Shown: positions 22,377 through 31,420 of the stretch, piece after piece
Layout of the letters: the number at the start of each line of letters is the position of its first letter
Numbering within the stretch: the stretch's first letter is position 1
Source: a virus
IMG/VR virus record: IMGVR_UViG_3300047548_000772
Span: 32,001-96,000 of that record
DNA length: 64,000 nucleotides
Strand: one strand, 5' to 3'
Notes under the pieces: model-generated
Told to the model about the DNA's origin: nothing
Database searches by the model: none
What the model saw: only the letters and a program-made list of their open reading frames with translations
Program-made: the position numbers and the translations under genes

Positions 22377-23471
22377 ATGTCAGTTGAACATCGTACAGTT
22401 ACCGCACCAGAAGCCAAGAAGGCAATTCTTAAATGCTTTAATAAGAAGCGTCCTCTGTTCTTGTGGGGTCCTCCAGGTATCGGCAAGTCAGAAGTCGTTG
22501 CTGGTATCACAGAAGAAATGCAAGGTCTAATGATCGACCTTCGTTTGGGCCAAATGGACCCAACCGATATCCGTGGTATCCCGTTTTATAACAAAGAAAA
22601 AGGCGTTATGGATTGGGCTCCCCCAATCGATCTACCAGACGCCGAAACTGCTAGCCAGTACCCAGTTGTTGTTTTGTTCATGGACGAAATGAACTCGGCT
22701 GCACCTGCTGTTCAAGCTGCTGCATATCAACTAGTTCTTAACCGTCGAATCGGTAAGTACATCCTGCCAGACAATGTTGTTATGATCGCTGCTGGTAACC
22801 GCGAGTCAGACAAGGGTGTTACATATCGTATGCCAACTCCGCTGGCAAACCGTTTTGTTCACTTGGAAATGCGTGTTGATTTCCCAGCATGGCAAGAGTG
22901 GGCAGTTGGCAGCGGCATTCACAAGGACGTTGTTGGTTATCTAACCTTTGCCAAGCAGGACCTGTATGACTTTGATGCTAAGTCTGCATCGCGTTCGTTT
23001 GCTACACCGCGTTCGTGGACCTTTGTTAGCGAACTGCTAGAAGATGAAGACATTGACGATCGTACAGCCACTGACTTGATTTCAGGTGCTATCGGCGAAG
23101 GTCTTGCTGTCAAGTTCATGCAACACCGCAAGGTTGCCGGTAAGATGCCTAAGCCCGAAGACATCTTGTCAGGTAAGGTCAAGGATCTTAACATCAAAGA
23201 AGTTTCAGCAATGTACTCGCTGGTTATTTCCATGTGCTACGAACTGCGTGAAGCAGTCGAAAAGAAGATTCCCGAAAAGGACTTCCATGCAATGGCAGAT
23301 AACTTCTTCCGTTACATGATGGATAACTTTGAAACCGAACTGGTTGTTATGGGTGCTCGTATTGCCCTTACCACATACAACCTGCCCTTCCAACCAACGA
23401 AGTTGAAGAACTTCGACGAGTTCCACCAACGTTACGCCAAGTACATTCTACAGGCTACGCAAAACTCGTAA
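22377..23471 (+). CDS. MoxR-like AAA+ ATPase
   Basis: GPPGIGKS Walker A, LFMDEMN Walker B, AAGN, PLANRF. Confidence 0.92.
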   Translation: MSVEHRTVTAPEAKKAILKCFNKKRPLFLWGPPGIGKSEVVAGITEEMQGLMIDLRLGQMDPTDIRGIPFYNKEKGVMDWAPPIDLPDAETASQYPVVVLFMDEMNSAAPAVQAAAYQLVLNRRIGKYILPDNVVMIAAGNRESDKGVTYRMPTPLANRFVHLEMRVDFPAWQEWAVGSGIHKDVVGYLTFAKQDLYDFDAKSASRSFATPRSWTFVSELLEDEDIDDRTATDLISGAIGEGLAVKFMQHRKVAGKMPKPEDILSGKVKDLNIKEVSAMYSLVISMCYELREAVEKKIPEKDFHAMADNFFRYMMDNFETELVVMGARIALTTYNLPFQPTKLKNFDEFHQRYAKYILQATQNS

Positions 23472-23504
23472 CAGGTTAGGGGCTGTGTTCCGTTAAGGAC
23501 ATAG

Positions 23505-23536
23505 GGCTATGTTTGGTGCATAGCCCCTATTTTTTA
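23505..23536 (+). terminator. Rho-independent terminator
   Basis: gggctatg/catagccc stem followed by T run. Confidence 0.65.
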
Positions 23537-23766
23537 TGTCAACTACAGTTACAAAAACATACGATCCATATGTTTGGAAGAATGTTGCTAAAATACACAG
23601 CGACATGACTAGGGACTTTGGAAAGATTGGTGTCAAATGGTCTTTAAAGATCTTAACTCCAACAAGTTTTACATCGTCAGATCTACCTAGAACTTATGAA
23701 TATACGTTTAATGACCCGCACGATGCTATGATCTACGCTATTAAATACGCAGAACGCCAAGGTTGA
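23536..23766 (+). CDS. Small hypothetical protein (divergent FxLxW family)
   Basis: Ends YTFNDPHDAMIYAIKY. Confidence 0.55.
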   Translation: MSTTVTKTYDPYVWKNVAKIHSDMTRDFGKIGVKWSLKILTPTSFTSSDLPRTYEYTFNDPHDAMIYAIKYAERQG

Positions 23767-23791
23767 CCGGTAATTCGATATTTGCTATAAT
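23763..23791 (+). promoter_or_regulatory. Sigma70-type (early) promoter
   Basis: TTGACC-17 nt-TATAAT. Confidence 0.85.
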
Positions 23792-23820
23792 ATTACATAA
23801 AGTTAAGAAATGGAGCATTT

Positions 23821-25101
23821 ATGACTGCTGCAAATTCCGCTGTTGAGAACAAAGATGATGCCAAGCGTTTTGCTAATCTCCTTGGCCCAACAGACCCTAA
23901 ACTAGATCGCGAAGTTCGCGAAATTCTAATCACAGCCCGTGTTGGTCTGTTGCTTCGTGCAAGTTTCTTTGGTAACCTGGCAACTCGTCTTAAACTAATC
24001 AACGCCGACGAATGGTGTTCAACTGCTGCTACAGACGGTCGCAATTTTTACTATAACACTCGCTTTATCAAGATGCTCAAGCCCAAAGAGGTTGAGTTCT
24101 TGTTTGGCCACGAAGTTCTTCACTGTGTTTACGACCATATGGGTCGCCGCGGTGATCGCCATCCACAGATTTGGAACATTGCCAACGATTACTGCGTCAA
24201 CGCTGACCTTAAAAAGCATCGCGTTGGTGAGTTTATTACAAGTGTTCCGTGTTTATACGATCCCAAGTATGAAGGCAAGTCGTCAGAAGAAGTCTACGAA
24301 GATCTAATGGCTAATGCCCAAAAGATTAGCCTAGACGATCTTATCAACCAAGTTCTCGACGAACACTTGGATGGTAAAGGCGGTGACGGCGAAGACGGTC
24401 AAAACAACAAAGATGGCAAAGGCAGTGGTCGTCCACAGTTGACCGAAGAAGAAAAGCAACAAATCCGCGACGAAATCAAAGAAGCCATGATGGCTGCTGC
24501 ACAAGCATCGGACCCGGGTTCGGTTCCAGCAGGTGTTAAGCGTCTAATCCAAGATCTAACTGATCCTAAGATGAACTGGCGCGAACTGTTGCGTATGCAA
24601 TTGGAATCGACTATCAAGAGCGATTACACTTGGGCTCGTCCTAGCCGTCGTGCTTGGCACATGGATGCTGTTTTGCCTGGTATGAAGAACACCGATGCCA
24701 TTGACATTGCTGTCGCAATTGATATGTCAGGTTCTATCAGCGTCGAGCAAGGCAAGGACTTCTTAAGCGAAATCAAAGGCATTATGGAAACGTTTGATTC
24801 GTATCGTATCCATGTTTTCTGCTTTGATACAGACTACTACAATCCGCAGATCTATACCAGCGATAACCTAGAAACTATCGAGGACTATGAACTAGCAGGT
24901 GGTGGCGGTACTGATTTTGATGCTATCTTCCGTCATCTCAAAGACGAAGAAGTTGAGCCCAAGCGGTTAGTTGTTTTCACTGACGGTTATCCGTTTGGTT
25001 CGTGGGGTGATCCTAACTACTGCGATACTGTTTGGATTATCCATGGTGATCGTAATCCAAACCCACCGTTTGGTCAGTGGGCACTATACGAAGCAGAGTA
25101 A
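23821..25101 (+). CDS. HExxH metallopeptidase-like + VWA domain protein (DUF2201-type MoxR partner)
   Basis: TAATDG, HEVLH, C-terminal MIDAS DMSGS...GGGTDF...FTDG. Confidence 0.9.
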   Translation: MTAANSAVENKDDAKRFANLLGPTDPKLDREVREILITARVGLLLRASFFGNLATRLKLINADEWCSTAATDGRNFYYNTRFIKMLKPKEVEFLFGHEVLHCVYDHMGRRGDRHPQIWNIANDYCVNADLKKHRVGEFITSVPCLYDPKYEGKSSEEVYEDLMANAQKISLDDLINQVLDEHLDGKGGDGEDGQNNKDGKGSGRPQLTEEEKQQIRDEIKEAMMAAAQASDPGSVPAGVKRLIQDLTDPKMNWRELLRMQLESTIKSDYTWARPSRRAWHMDAVLPGMKNTDAIDIAVAIDMSGSISVEQGKDFLSEIKGIMETFDSYRIHVFCFDTDYYNPQIYTSDNLETIEDYELAGGGGTDFDAIFRHLKDEEVEPKRLVVFTDGYPFGSWGDPNYCDTVWIIHGDRNPNPPFGQWALYEAE

Positions 25102-25104
25102 TCG

Positions 25105-25263
25105 ATGTTGTACCGAGCAAAGATGCCCGAGGCTTGGGCACGTATGGAGTGGTGCAAAGCTCATTTTGGGCAGCAGAGTTTCAAACGCTGGTGGCGAGAC
25201 CGTGGGTATCTTTGCTTCGTCAACGAAAAGGATTACTTGTTTTACTTGCTGAGGTGGGCATAG
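25105..25263 (+). CDS. Small FxLxW-family protein (52 aa)
   Basis: Own translation ending LCFVNEKDYLFYLLRWA. Confidence 0.65.
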   Translation: MLYRAKMPEAWARMEWCKAHFGQQSFKRWWRDRGYLCFVNEKDYLFYLLRWA

Positions 25264-25487
25264 TGACAGAACTAGAGATTCCAACATCTAACTGGGCTCA
25301 CGTAGATGCGCCACCAAGTTGGTGGGAAAACTTTTTCTATAGTTGCGGCGACTGGCAAGAAGTTCAACGTGTGTTAAAAGAAGATTGGAATGCTGAGGCA
25401 GTTCCTAGTTCTAGACTGGGAGAAGTTGGAACCATTGTATTCGAAAATGAGCAGGATGCTACTATGTTTATGTTGAGGTGGACATGA
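25263..25487 (+). CDS. Small FxLxW-family protein
   Basis: GTG start overlapping previous stop; ends IVFENEQDATMFMLRWT. Confidence 0.7.
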   Translation: MTELEIPTSNWAHVDAPPSWWENFFYSCGDWQEVQRVLKEDWNAEAVPSSRLGEVGTIVFENEQDATMFMLRWT

Positions 25488-25681
25488 TTACTGTGAACAC
25501 TTATCCAAAAATCCAAACGTCCCACGATATGATTCCAGTAAACGAATGGCTAAGACACAACGCTACCAGTAAGTGGAACTGGCGATCCTCAAAAGAGTGG
25601 TATCCTGGGTGGGGTCATCCTATGTTGTTAGATTTTGAGGACGAAAACGATGCAGTATTGTTTGCATTGAGGTGGTTGTGA
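25484..25681 (+). CDS. Small FxLxW-family protein
   Basis: Ends LDFEDENDAVLFALRWL. Confidence 0.7.
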   Translation: MITVNTYPKIQTSHDMIPVNEWLRHNATSKWNWRSSKEWYPGWGHPMLLDFEDENDAVLFALRWL

Positions 25682-25947
25682 TGATAGAAGCCTGGACATT
25701 TATTGACGGTATGAAGGTTAGTGTTCCGCTAGATCGTTGCGATGCTGTTAGGTATGGCTGGCATCTGGGCACAGAGTTTAGACGCTGGCACCCTTTAGTA
25801 GATGTGGCGGCAGAAATCCTTAGAGAAAATTCAATTCGTGATTGGTGCCGCAACACCGTTGGACAAAATTGCTACAAAACATTTCACGATAGCGTATATT
25901 TTTATCGTGAAGCAGATGCAGTACTTTGCAAGTTGAGGTGGTCATAA
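25681..25947 (+). CDS. Small FxLxW-family protein
   Basis: Ends VYFYREADAVLCKLRWS. Confidence 0.7.
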   Translation: MIEAWTFIDGMKVSVPLDRCDAVRYGWHLGTEFRRWHPLVDVAAEILRENSIRDWCRNTVGQNCYKTFHDSVYFYREADAVLCKLRWS

Positions 25948-26249
25948 TGGAAATCAAACAAGTTTATATCTGTAGTGTATGTGAAACTATTCACGAAGAT
26001 GAATATGCAGCAGAAGAATGTTGCCCGCCAGAAGTATGGCACATGTGGCAATGTCCTGTCTGTGAGGAAACACACGACACAGAGCAAGAAGCCATTGAGT
26101 GTTACAATAAGTGCTGCAACGGCGAAGACGAAATTGATGTCGATGAAGGGTCTTATCGCAAGTATCCAGAGATATTCTGGAACAGAAGTCAACGGATTTA
26201 CATCGATGAATTCTGTCGACTCAATCATTTACATAAAGGTGAAGAATGA
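25947..26249 (+). CDS. Small Cys-rich protein with duplicated CxxC...H...ECC units
   Basis: CSVCETIH...EECC and CPVCEETH...ECY..CC. Confidence 0.65.
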   Translation: MEIKQVYICSVCETIHEDEYAAEECCPPEVWHMWQCPVCEETHDTEQEAIECYNKCCNGEDEIDVDEGSYRKYPEIFWNRSQRIYIDEFCRLNHLHKGEE

Positions 26250-26572
26250 ATTGGTTGCGTAAAAAAGTAATTAAGTGGGTGCGTGAGGATTGGGAAAACG
26301 AAGGTTCTAAGAAACGTAGTCGCAGTAATCTAATTGGTTATCCCGACGAGCCTGAACCAGTACTCAGACGCGAGTACCAAACCCCCGAAGTACCCGGTAT
26401 GGATATCCGTGTACAAAATGTCACCGGTGGCATGATTGTTTCTATTACCAGATTCAATAACTATTCCGACAGAGTTGATTATCCACGTGCACAAGTGTAC
26501 CTACTTCGTGAAGAAGAAAATCTCGGCGAAGCATTGGCCAAGATTATCACACAAGAAAGCCTGCGTGGATGA
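26246..26572 (+). CDS. Hypothetical protein
   Basis: ORF in a coupled operon (ATGA overlaps). Confidence 0.65.
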   Translation: MNWLRKKVIKWVREDWENEGSKKRSRSNLIGYPDEPEPVLRREYQTPEVPGMDIRVQNVTGGMIVSITRFNNYSDRVDYPRAQVYLLREEENLGEALAKIITQESLRG

Positions 26573-26919
26573 GCATTGTAAATATTACGTCTGGCAGTCC
26601 GTTTATTAGTGTAAATCAATACACAGGATCGTATGTTGGTAATAATGGTGCAAGTGCTGGCATGGTTAGATACAACACTGGTACACAATGCCTCGAAGCA
26701 TACGATGGCAGCACATGGGTCAACATTAGTCAAAACCTAAGCATTGAACTAAACTACGGTGCTATCGATACACTACATTGGGCAATGAAAAAGATGACCG
26801 AAGAAAAGCGCATACAGGAACTTGCTAGAGAACACCCAATGGTTGCTGACGCTGTTGCCTCGCTTAAAGATGCATCAGAAAGACTTGAAGTAGCACTAGC
26901 ATTAACTGAAAAAGGTTAA
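26569..26919 (+). CDS. Hypothetical protein
   Basis: GMVRYNTGTQCLEAYDGSTW motif followed by a helical C-terminus. Confidence 0.7.
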   Translation: MSIVNITSGSPFISVNQYTGSYVGNNGASAGMVRYNTGTQCLEAYDGSTWVNISQNLSIELNYGAIDTLHWAMKKMTEEKRIQELAREHPMVADAVASLKDASERLEVALALTEKG

Positions 26920-26940
26920 ATTGATGCTAAACCTACAATT

Positions 26941-26965
26941 AAACCGCCGCTATGGCGGTTTTTTT
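26941..26965 (+). terminator. Rho-independent terminator
   Basis: aaaccgcc-gctat-ggcggttt plus T run. Confidence 0.8.
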
Positions 26966-27011
26966 GTGGCTATAAACTACGCCTATATCTTTTTATGCTG
27001 TAAATAACTGC

Positions 27012-27290
27012 ATGGAAAACACTAATCAAAACCCACCATCACTTACGCTCAACGACCTAGCGGTCTTGCGTAACGTTATCGAAGTTGCTATTAGCCGAGG
27101 CACATTCAAGGCCGACGAAATTACTGTTGTAGGACAAACCTATGACAAATTAAAGGCATGGCTGGATTCCGTTGCTGCACAACAAGCAGCAGAACAGCCA
27201 GCAGCAGAAGAAGTACCTGCTGAACAACCAAAGCCTGCTAAGAAAGCAGCAACCAAATCAACTGCTGTCAAGCAGAAAGGAAAGAAGTAA
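27012..27290 (+). CDS. Hypothetical protein
   Basis: LTLNDL...RGTFKADE core and Ala/Lys tail; TAAATA upstream. Confidence 0.75.
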   Translation: MENTNQNPPSLTLNDLAVLRNVIEVAISRGTFKADEITVVGQTYDKLKAWLDSVAAQQAAEQPAAEEVPAEQPKPAKKAATKSTAVKQKGKK

Positions 27291-28003
27291 TGGCATTTCT
27301 AAAACACGTAGGCAAGCATGGCGACCGTCGAGTTGCAATCATCTTCCGCGAAATCCCAGGCGACGAGCACATGTGCTTAGTTGTTTACCCAGAGATCATG
27401 CAAACTGCTTGGCACGATGCGCTAATGAAGGCAATCGAATCGCCAGAAGCACAAACATCTGATCACCTTGGTGAAGCACTATCACGTGCGTTATTCCCCG
27501 ATGGTCGTGTAATGCTACAAGCAATGCACACCGAAGGATTACTAAAGAAGGTACAAACAGAAAACGTTATTGTTACTCCAACTCCAACTAGTAGTTGCAA
27601 ACTAGCAGAGATCAATAACATTCTTCGCGAAATGAAACTCGGCGAAGAAGCAATTAAAAAGATGGCCGAAGTCGACAAGAATTCGGGCATGACTGGCAAG
27701 GTTCGTCCACGTGATGACTTTGGTCGTGAAGTTGGTGGTCCACCACCTGCTGCTCGCGGACCACTTGCTGGATCAAACAATCCACCACAAGCAGGCATGA
27801 ACAACGCTCTAGGCGACGATGCTATTGCTAACAATCTTCGCCAACAAGCAGAACGCATGGCTGCAGAAGCCAAAGGTTTGCTTGCTGAAAGCGATCGCAT
27901 GATGAGAGAAGCCGCTTCGTTAATGGGTACAACAATCCCAGACCCTGCTGCTCCTAAGAAGCGTGGTCGTCCAGCCAAGGCGAAGGTGGGTAATGCTGCT
28001 TAA
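27290..28003 (+). CDS. Conserved phage hypothetical protein
   Basis: MAFLKHVGKHGDRRVAIIFR; KKRGRPAK basic tail. Confidence 0.75.
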   Translation: MAFLKHVGKHGDRRVAIIFREIPGDEHMCLVVYPEIMQTAWHDALMKAIESPEAQTSDHLGEALSRALFPDGRVMLQAMHTEGLLKKVQTENVIVTPTPTSSCKLAEINNILREMKLGEEAIKKMAEVDKNSGMTGKVRPRDDFGREVGGPPPAARGPLAGSNNPPQAGMNNALGDDAIANNLRQQAERMAAEAKGLLAESDRMMREAASLMGTTIPDPAAPKKRGRPAKAKVGNAA

Positions 28004-28295
28004 AATTGATCGTATCAGTCAGTGGAATGAGGTACTCGAGTCCATCGAGAAAGATCACATTCCTATCGACTGTGTAAAGAAAGTTTTACTCAAACTAGAA
28101 GGCGGCCGGCAAAAAACAATCAATCTAGAAAACCTTCGCAAGAATGGTTTAGACTTAGAAGAAATTGAAACAGTAGTTAGCCGTCATATGCGCGAACTTG
28201 GTAGACAAATTGCCAACATTGAGTTTATAATTGATGTTAAAGCAGTCGAAAAACACGTTCAACCCATTACAGATAAATTTTTAAGCAACATATGA
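27993..28295 (+). CDS. Hypothetical protein
   Basis: Start reassigned to MLLKID. Confidence 0.7.
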   Translation: MLLKIDRISQWNEVLESIEKDHIPIDCVKKVLLKLEGGRQKTINLENLRKNGLDLEEIETVVSRHMRELGRQIANIEFIIDVKAVEKHVQPITDKFLSNI

Positions 28296-28978
28296 AAGTT
28301 AAACTAATCAACTCTTCGGCACCATCTGAAGAACTGCTAGCACAGGGCATTGACAATGCGCAAGAACTAATTGCGTTTTGTGCCCGTGTTAGCAATCCTA
28401 GCAATCAACTTAACACAGAAACCAGTGAAAAGTTAATTCGTTATCTAATCAAGCACAAGCACTGGAGTCCTTTAGAAATGGTTAGTGCTTGTTTAGAAAT
28501 CGAAACTACACGTGATATTGCTCGTCAAATTCTGCGCCATCGTAGTTTTAGTTTCCAAGAGTTTAGTCAGCGTTATGCCGACCCAACCAAGGATCTAAAC
28601 TTTGAAATTCGCGAAACACGACTACAGGATACTAAGAATCGTCAAAACTCAGTAGAGTTAGATGTTAGTGTTCCTGAAAATCGCGAACTTGTTCGTATTT
28701 GGGAAGAAAAGCAACATGCGGTTATCAAAGCCGCTCGCGATGCATATGAGTGGGCAGTAACAAATAGCATTGCCAAGGAACAAGCCCGTGCTGTATTGCC
28801 CGAAGGTTTAATGGGCAGTCGTTTGTATATGAATGGCACACTACGTTCGTGGATTCACTTTATCGAGTTACGTAGTGCCAACGGTACACAAAAAGAGCAT
28901 CAAGAAGTTGCTATTGCGTGTGCTCGTGCTATTGCTAACATCTTTCCAATGGCGGATGAGTTTGTAACCACAAACTAA
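28292..28978 (+). CDS. thyX: FAD-dependent thymidylate synthase
   Basis: HWSPLE, RHRSFSFQEFSQRY signature, EQARAVLP, HQE. Confidence 0.96.
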   Translation: MKVKLINSSAPSEELLAQGIDNAQELIAFCARVSNPSNQLNTETSEKLIRYLIKHKHWSPLEMVSACLEIETTRDIARQILRHRSFSFQEFSQRYADPTKDLNFEIRETRLQDTKNRQNSVELDVSVPENRELVRIWEEKQHAVIKAARDAYEWAVTNSIAKEQARAVLPEGLMGSRLYMNGTLRSWIHFIELRSANGTQKEHQEVAIACARAIANIFPMADEFVTTN

Positions 28979-29211
28979 TGCAACGCATCGTATTTGCTAC
29001 ATTTAATTTAGGCGACGTAGAGGATCCAGAAATCTACGCCGCCTTTCCTATTTACAAATTCAAAGAAACACCCAAAGGCCAGTGGATGATGGAAAACTGC
29101 AAGGATCCGGTTTATGATATTCACATGTGTTACGATACATACGGGTATCGTGTTGTTATCCACGGCAAAGTAGAAGATCAACTTGCTACAGAGTTTTACC
29201 TACGATGGTAG
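28978..29211 (+). CDS. Small FxLxW-family protein
   Basis: Ends EDQLATEFYLRW. Confidence 0.7.
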   Translation: MQRIVFATFNLGDVEDPEIYAAFPIYKFKETPKGQWMMENCKDPVYDIHMCYDTYGYRVVIHGKVEDQLATEFYLRW

Positions 29212-29486
29212 AACCACTTCAAGCCTTGGTTTGGCGACTACCCGGTGGTATGGCTGCTAACTTTTACGCACATAGGCTTAACCAAGAAGTAGGACAATGG
29301 GCCGAAACGCACCATGTTGATCCAAAATTGCTTAAATGGACTAACGTCAATTGGTATCGAGGCCAAAAAGCCCACTTTAGAATGTTGACTATGCCCAAGA
29401 AGTATGCTACAATATTTCTATTATCGTGGACTGGCAAGCCGCCAACTTACATAGACGAATACGTACATCCGGATGAACCAAATTAA
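29205..29486 (+). CDS. Small FxLxW-family protein
   Basis: Contains KKYATIFLLSW; start reassigned to MVEPLQ. Confidence 0.55.
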   Translation: MVEPLQALVWRLPGGMAANFYAHRLNQEVGQWAETHHVDPKLLKWTNVNWYRGQKAHFRMLTMPKKYATIFLLSWTGKPPTYIDEYVHPDEPN

Positions 29487-30471
29487 TCTTTGCAATTTAA
29501 CTTTAGAACAAACATACATGTCGCATTTATCCAATCGACAATGGTATTTTGAACGATCGCTAAATCGAGACTCGCTGGTTATTTCAGTTGGGGATTCATG
29601 GAGTTGGGGAATGGGACTACAATCTGACAACAACAGCGATAACATAGAATATCGCACTAACCATTGTTATGGAAGTATTGTTGCAAAGAGCACAAACAGC
29701 GATTTTATTAATATTGGATTTCCCGGGTACAGCAATATGCTCCACATCAATTATGCATTTGATGTTTTAAACAGACTAGTGAAGCCTTATAAAAAAATTT
29801 TTGTACTTTTAACCCTTAGCGAGTCTGGCAGAGACATATCAGACGATTTTTATAAACGTCCCGAATACTACAACTTATTGCGCGGCGGCTCTTGGCCTAC
29901 ATTCAATGACATTGTAACCGGTAGTGTTAAGTTCAACGAATTAAGATTTGCACTCAAAGAATTAAAGAGCAATAACATATACTTTGAGTACCCTCTTAAA
30001 GCATTTCTAAGAGCTAAGAATTTTTTCAATACCTTCGACATTGTTAAGTCACTAGAAAAAACTAGTTTTAAAATGCTCGTTGACAAAATCAAACAACAAG
30101 GTAAAAATATTCACTACGTTGTTGGTCGAACTTATGTAGACACGTTCAAAGAAAATGTTAGCATACTGGATTCAAATTTTTGCCTTTTATCAAAAAAATG
30201 GGTCGATATATTGGCCGAGCACACCAACAATCTGTATCCAACAAACGTGTATAACGTCACTCAGATCGGCATTGACACTTTGTTTGACTTTGATAATTTT
30301 GTACATTCAACTGCGGACCTAAGATCAAGGACCGAACTAATCGAATCATCTTTATCTGCTATCCATTGGTTAGAATCGTGTTCGTTGACTCGTGGCGAAG
30401 TGCCGTATCCCACAGAGCAAGGGCATCAACTGTGGGCCAATTATATACTTGAGAATATTAAACATGTCTAA
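29473..30471 (+). CDS. SGNH hydrolase-like protein
   Basis: VGDSWSWG block I, NIGFPGYSN; C-terminal YPTEQGH in place of HP. Confidence 0.65.
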   Translation: MNQINLCNLTLEQTYMSHLSNRQWYFERSLNRDSLVISVGDSWSWGMGLQSDNNSDNIEYRTNHCYGSIVAKSTNSDFINIGFPGYSNMLHINYAFDVLNRLVKPYKKIFVLLTLSESGRDISDDFYKRPEYYNLLRGGSWPTFNDIVTGSVKFNELRFALKELKSNNIYFEYPLKAFLRAKNFFNTFDIVKSLEKTSFKMLVDKIKQQGKNIHYVVGRTYVDTFKENVSILDSNFCLLSKKWVDILAEHTNNLYPTNVYNVTQIGIDTLFDFDNFVHSTADLRSRTELIESSLSAIHWLESCSLTRGEVPYPTEQGHQLWANYILENIKHV

Positions 30472-31420
30472 CATACTTGTTACCGGTGGTCTAGGATTTA
30501 TTGGACACAATGTTGTCCAATTGCTCGAACAACAAGGACATAATGTGCTTGTTGTAGACAACGAAACTACCTATGGCGTTATTCCGCAAGACGAGTTATC
30601 CAAACTTATACTAGAACGTAAACAAAAAATAAAAACCAACTCACTCTACTTCTGTGACATTGCTGACCCGCTTGCTGCAAAAATATTTGAACAGTTTAAT
30701 CCAAATACAGTTATACATCTTGCTAGCTTTCCTCGACAAAAAGTAGTTAATAATGATCCTGTATTAGGAAGCGCAACAATGAGTACCGGATTGCTCAATT
30801 TGTTGGAAGCAAGTGTAAGGTATAATGTTAAAAAGTTTGTGTACATTAGTTCAAGCATGGTGTATGGTGAATTCTCAGATGGGGTGCGCGAAGATGCTGT
30901 GTGTAATCCACTGGGACAATATGGAATTTTAAAGTTAGCAGGCGAATGGTTAGTGCGCGACTATACACACCGCACAGGATTAACACATACCATCATTCGC
31001 CCGAGTGCAGTTTATGGTCCGCGTGATGTTGAGGATCGTGTGATTAGCAAGTTTTTTGCTGCGGCAATGCGCAACGAAACTATTCATGTCAAAGGTGCCG
31101 ATGAATGCTTAGACTTTACCTACGTAGAAGATATTGCACGTGGTATCGTCAAGGCTACACTCACAGATTCTACTAACAACAAAACATACAACGTCACACG
31201 TGGACGAGCGCACTCGCTATTAGACGCTGCCAAACTTGTACAAAAGATTGTAGGGCAAGGTACTATCGAAGTTGAAGAACGCGACACAAACTTTCCATCG
31301 CGTGGTGCATTAAATATAGAAGCGGCATGTAGAGATTTTCTTTACACGCCATTGGTTGATATCGAACAAGGTTTTAAATTGTATTATGACTGGCTTGACC
31401 ATACCTTTCACAGGTCTTAA
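30464..31420 (+). CDS. NAD-dependent sugar-nucleotide epimerase/dehydratase
   Basis: VTGGLGFIG, HLAS, SSSMVYG, YGILK, RPSAVYGP, DFTYV. Confidence 0.92.
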   Translation: MSNILVTGGLGFIGHNVVQLLEQQGHNVLVVDNETTYGVIPQDELSKLILERKQKIKTNSLYFCDIADPLAAKIFEQFNPNTVIHLASFPRQKVVNNDPVLGSATMSTGLLNLLEASVRYNVKKFVYISSSMVYGEFSDGVREDAVCNPLGQYGILKLAGEWLVRDYTHRTGLTHTIIRPSAVYGPRDVEDRVISKFFAAAMRNETIHVKGADECLDFTYVEDIARGIVKATLTDSTNNKTYNVTRGRAHSLLDAAKLVQKIVGQGTIEVEERDTNFPSRGALNIEAACRDFLYTPLVDIEQGFKLYYDWLDHTFHRS

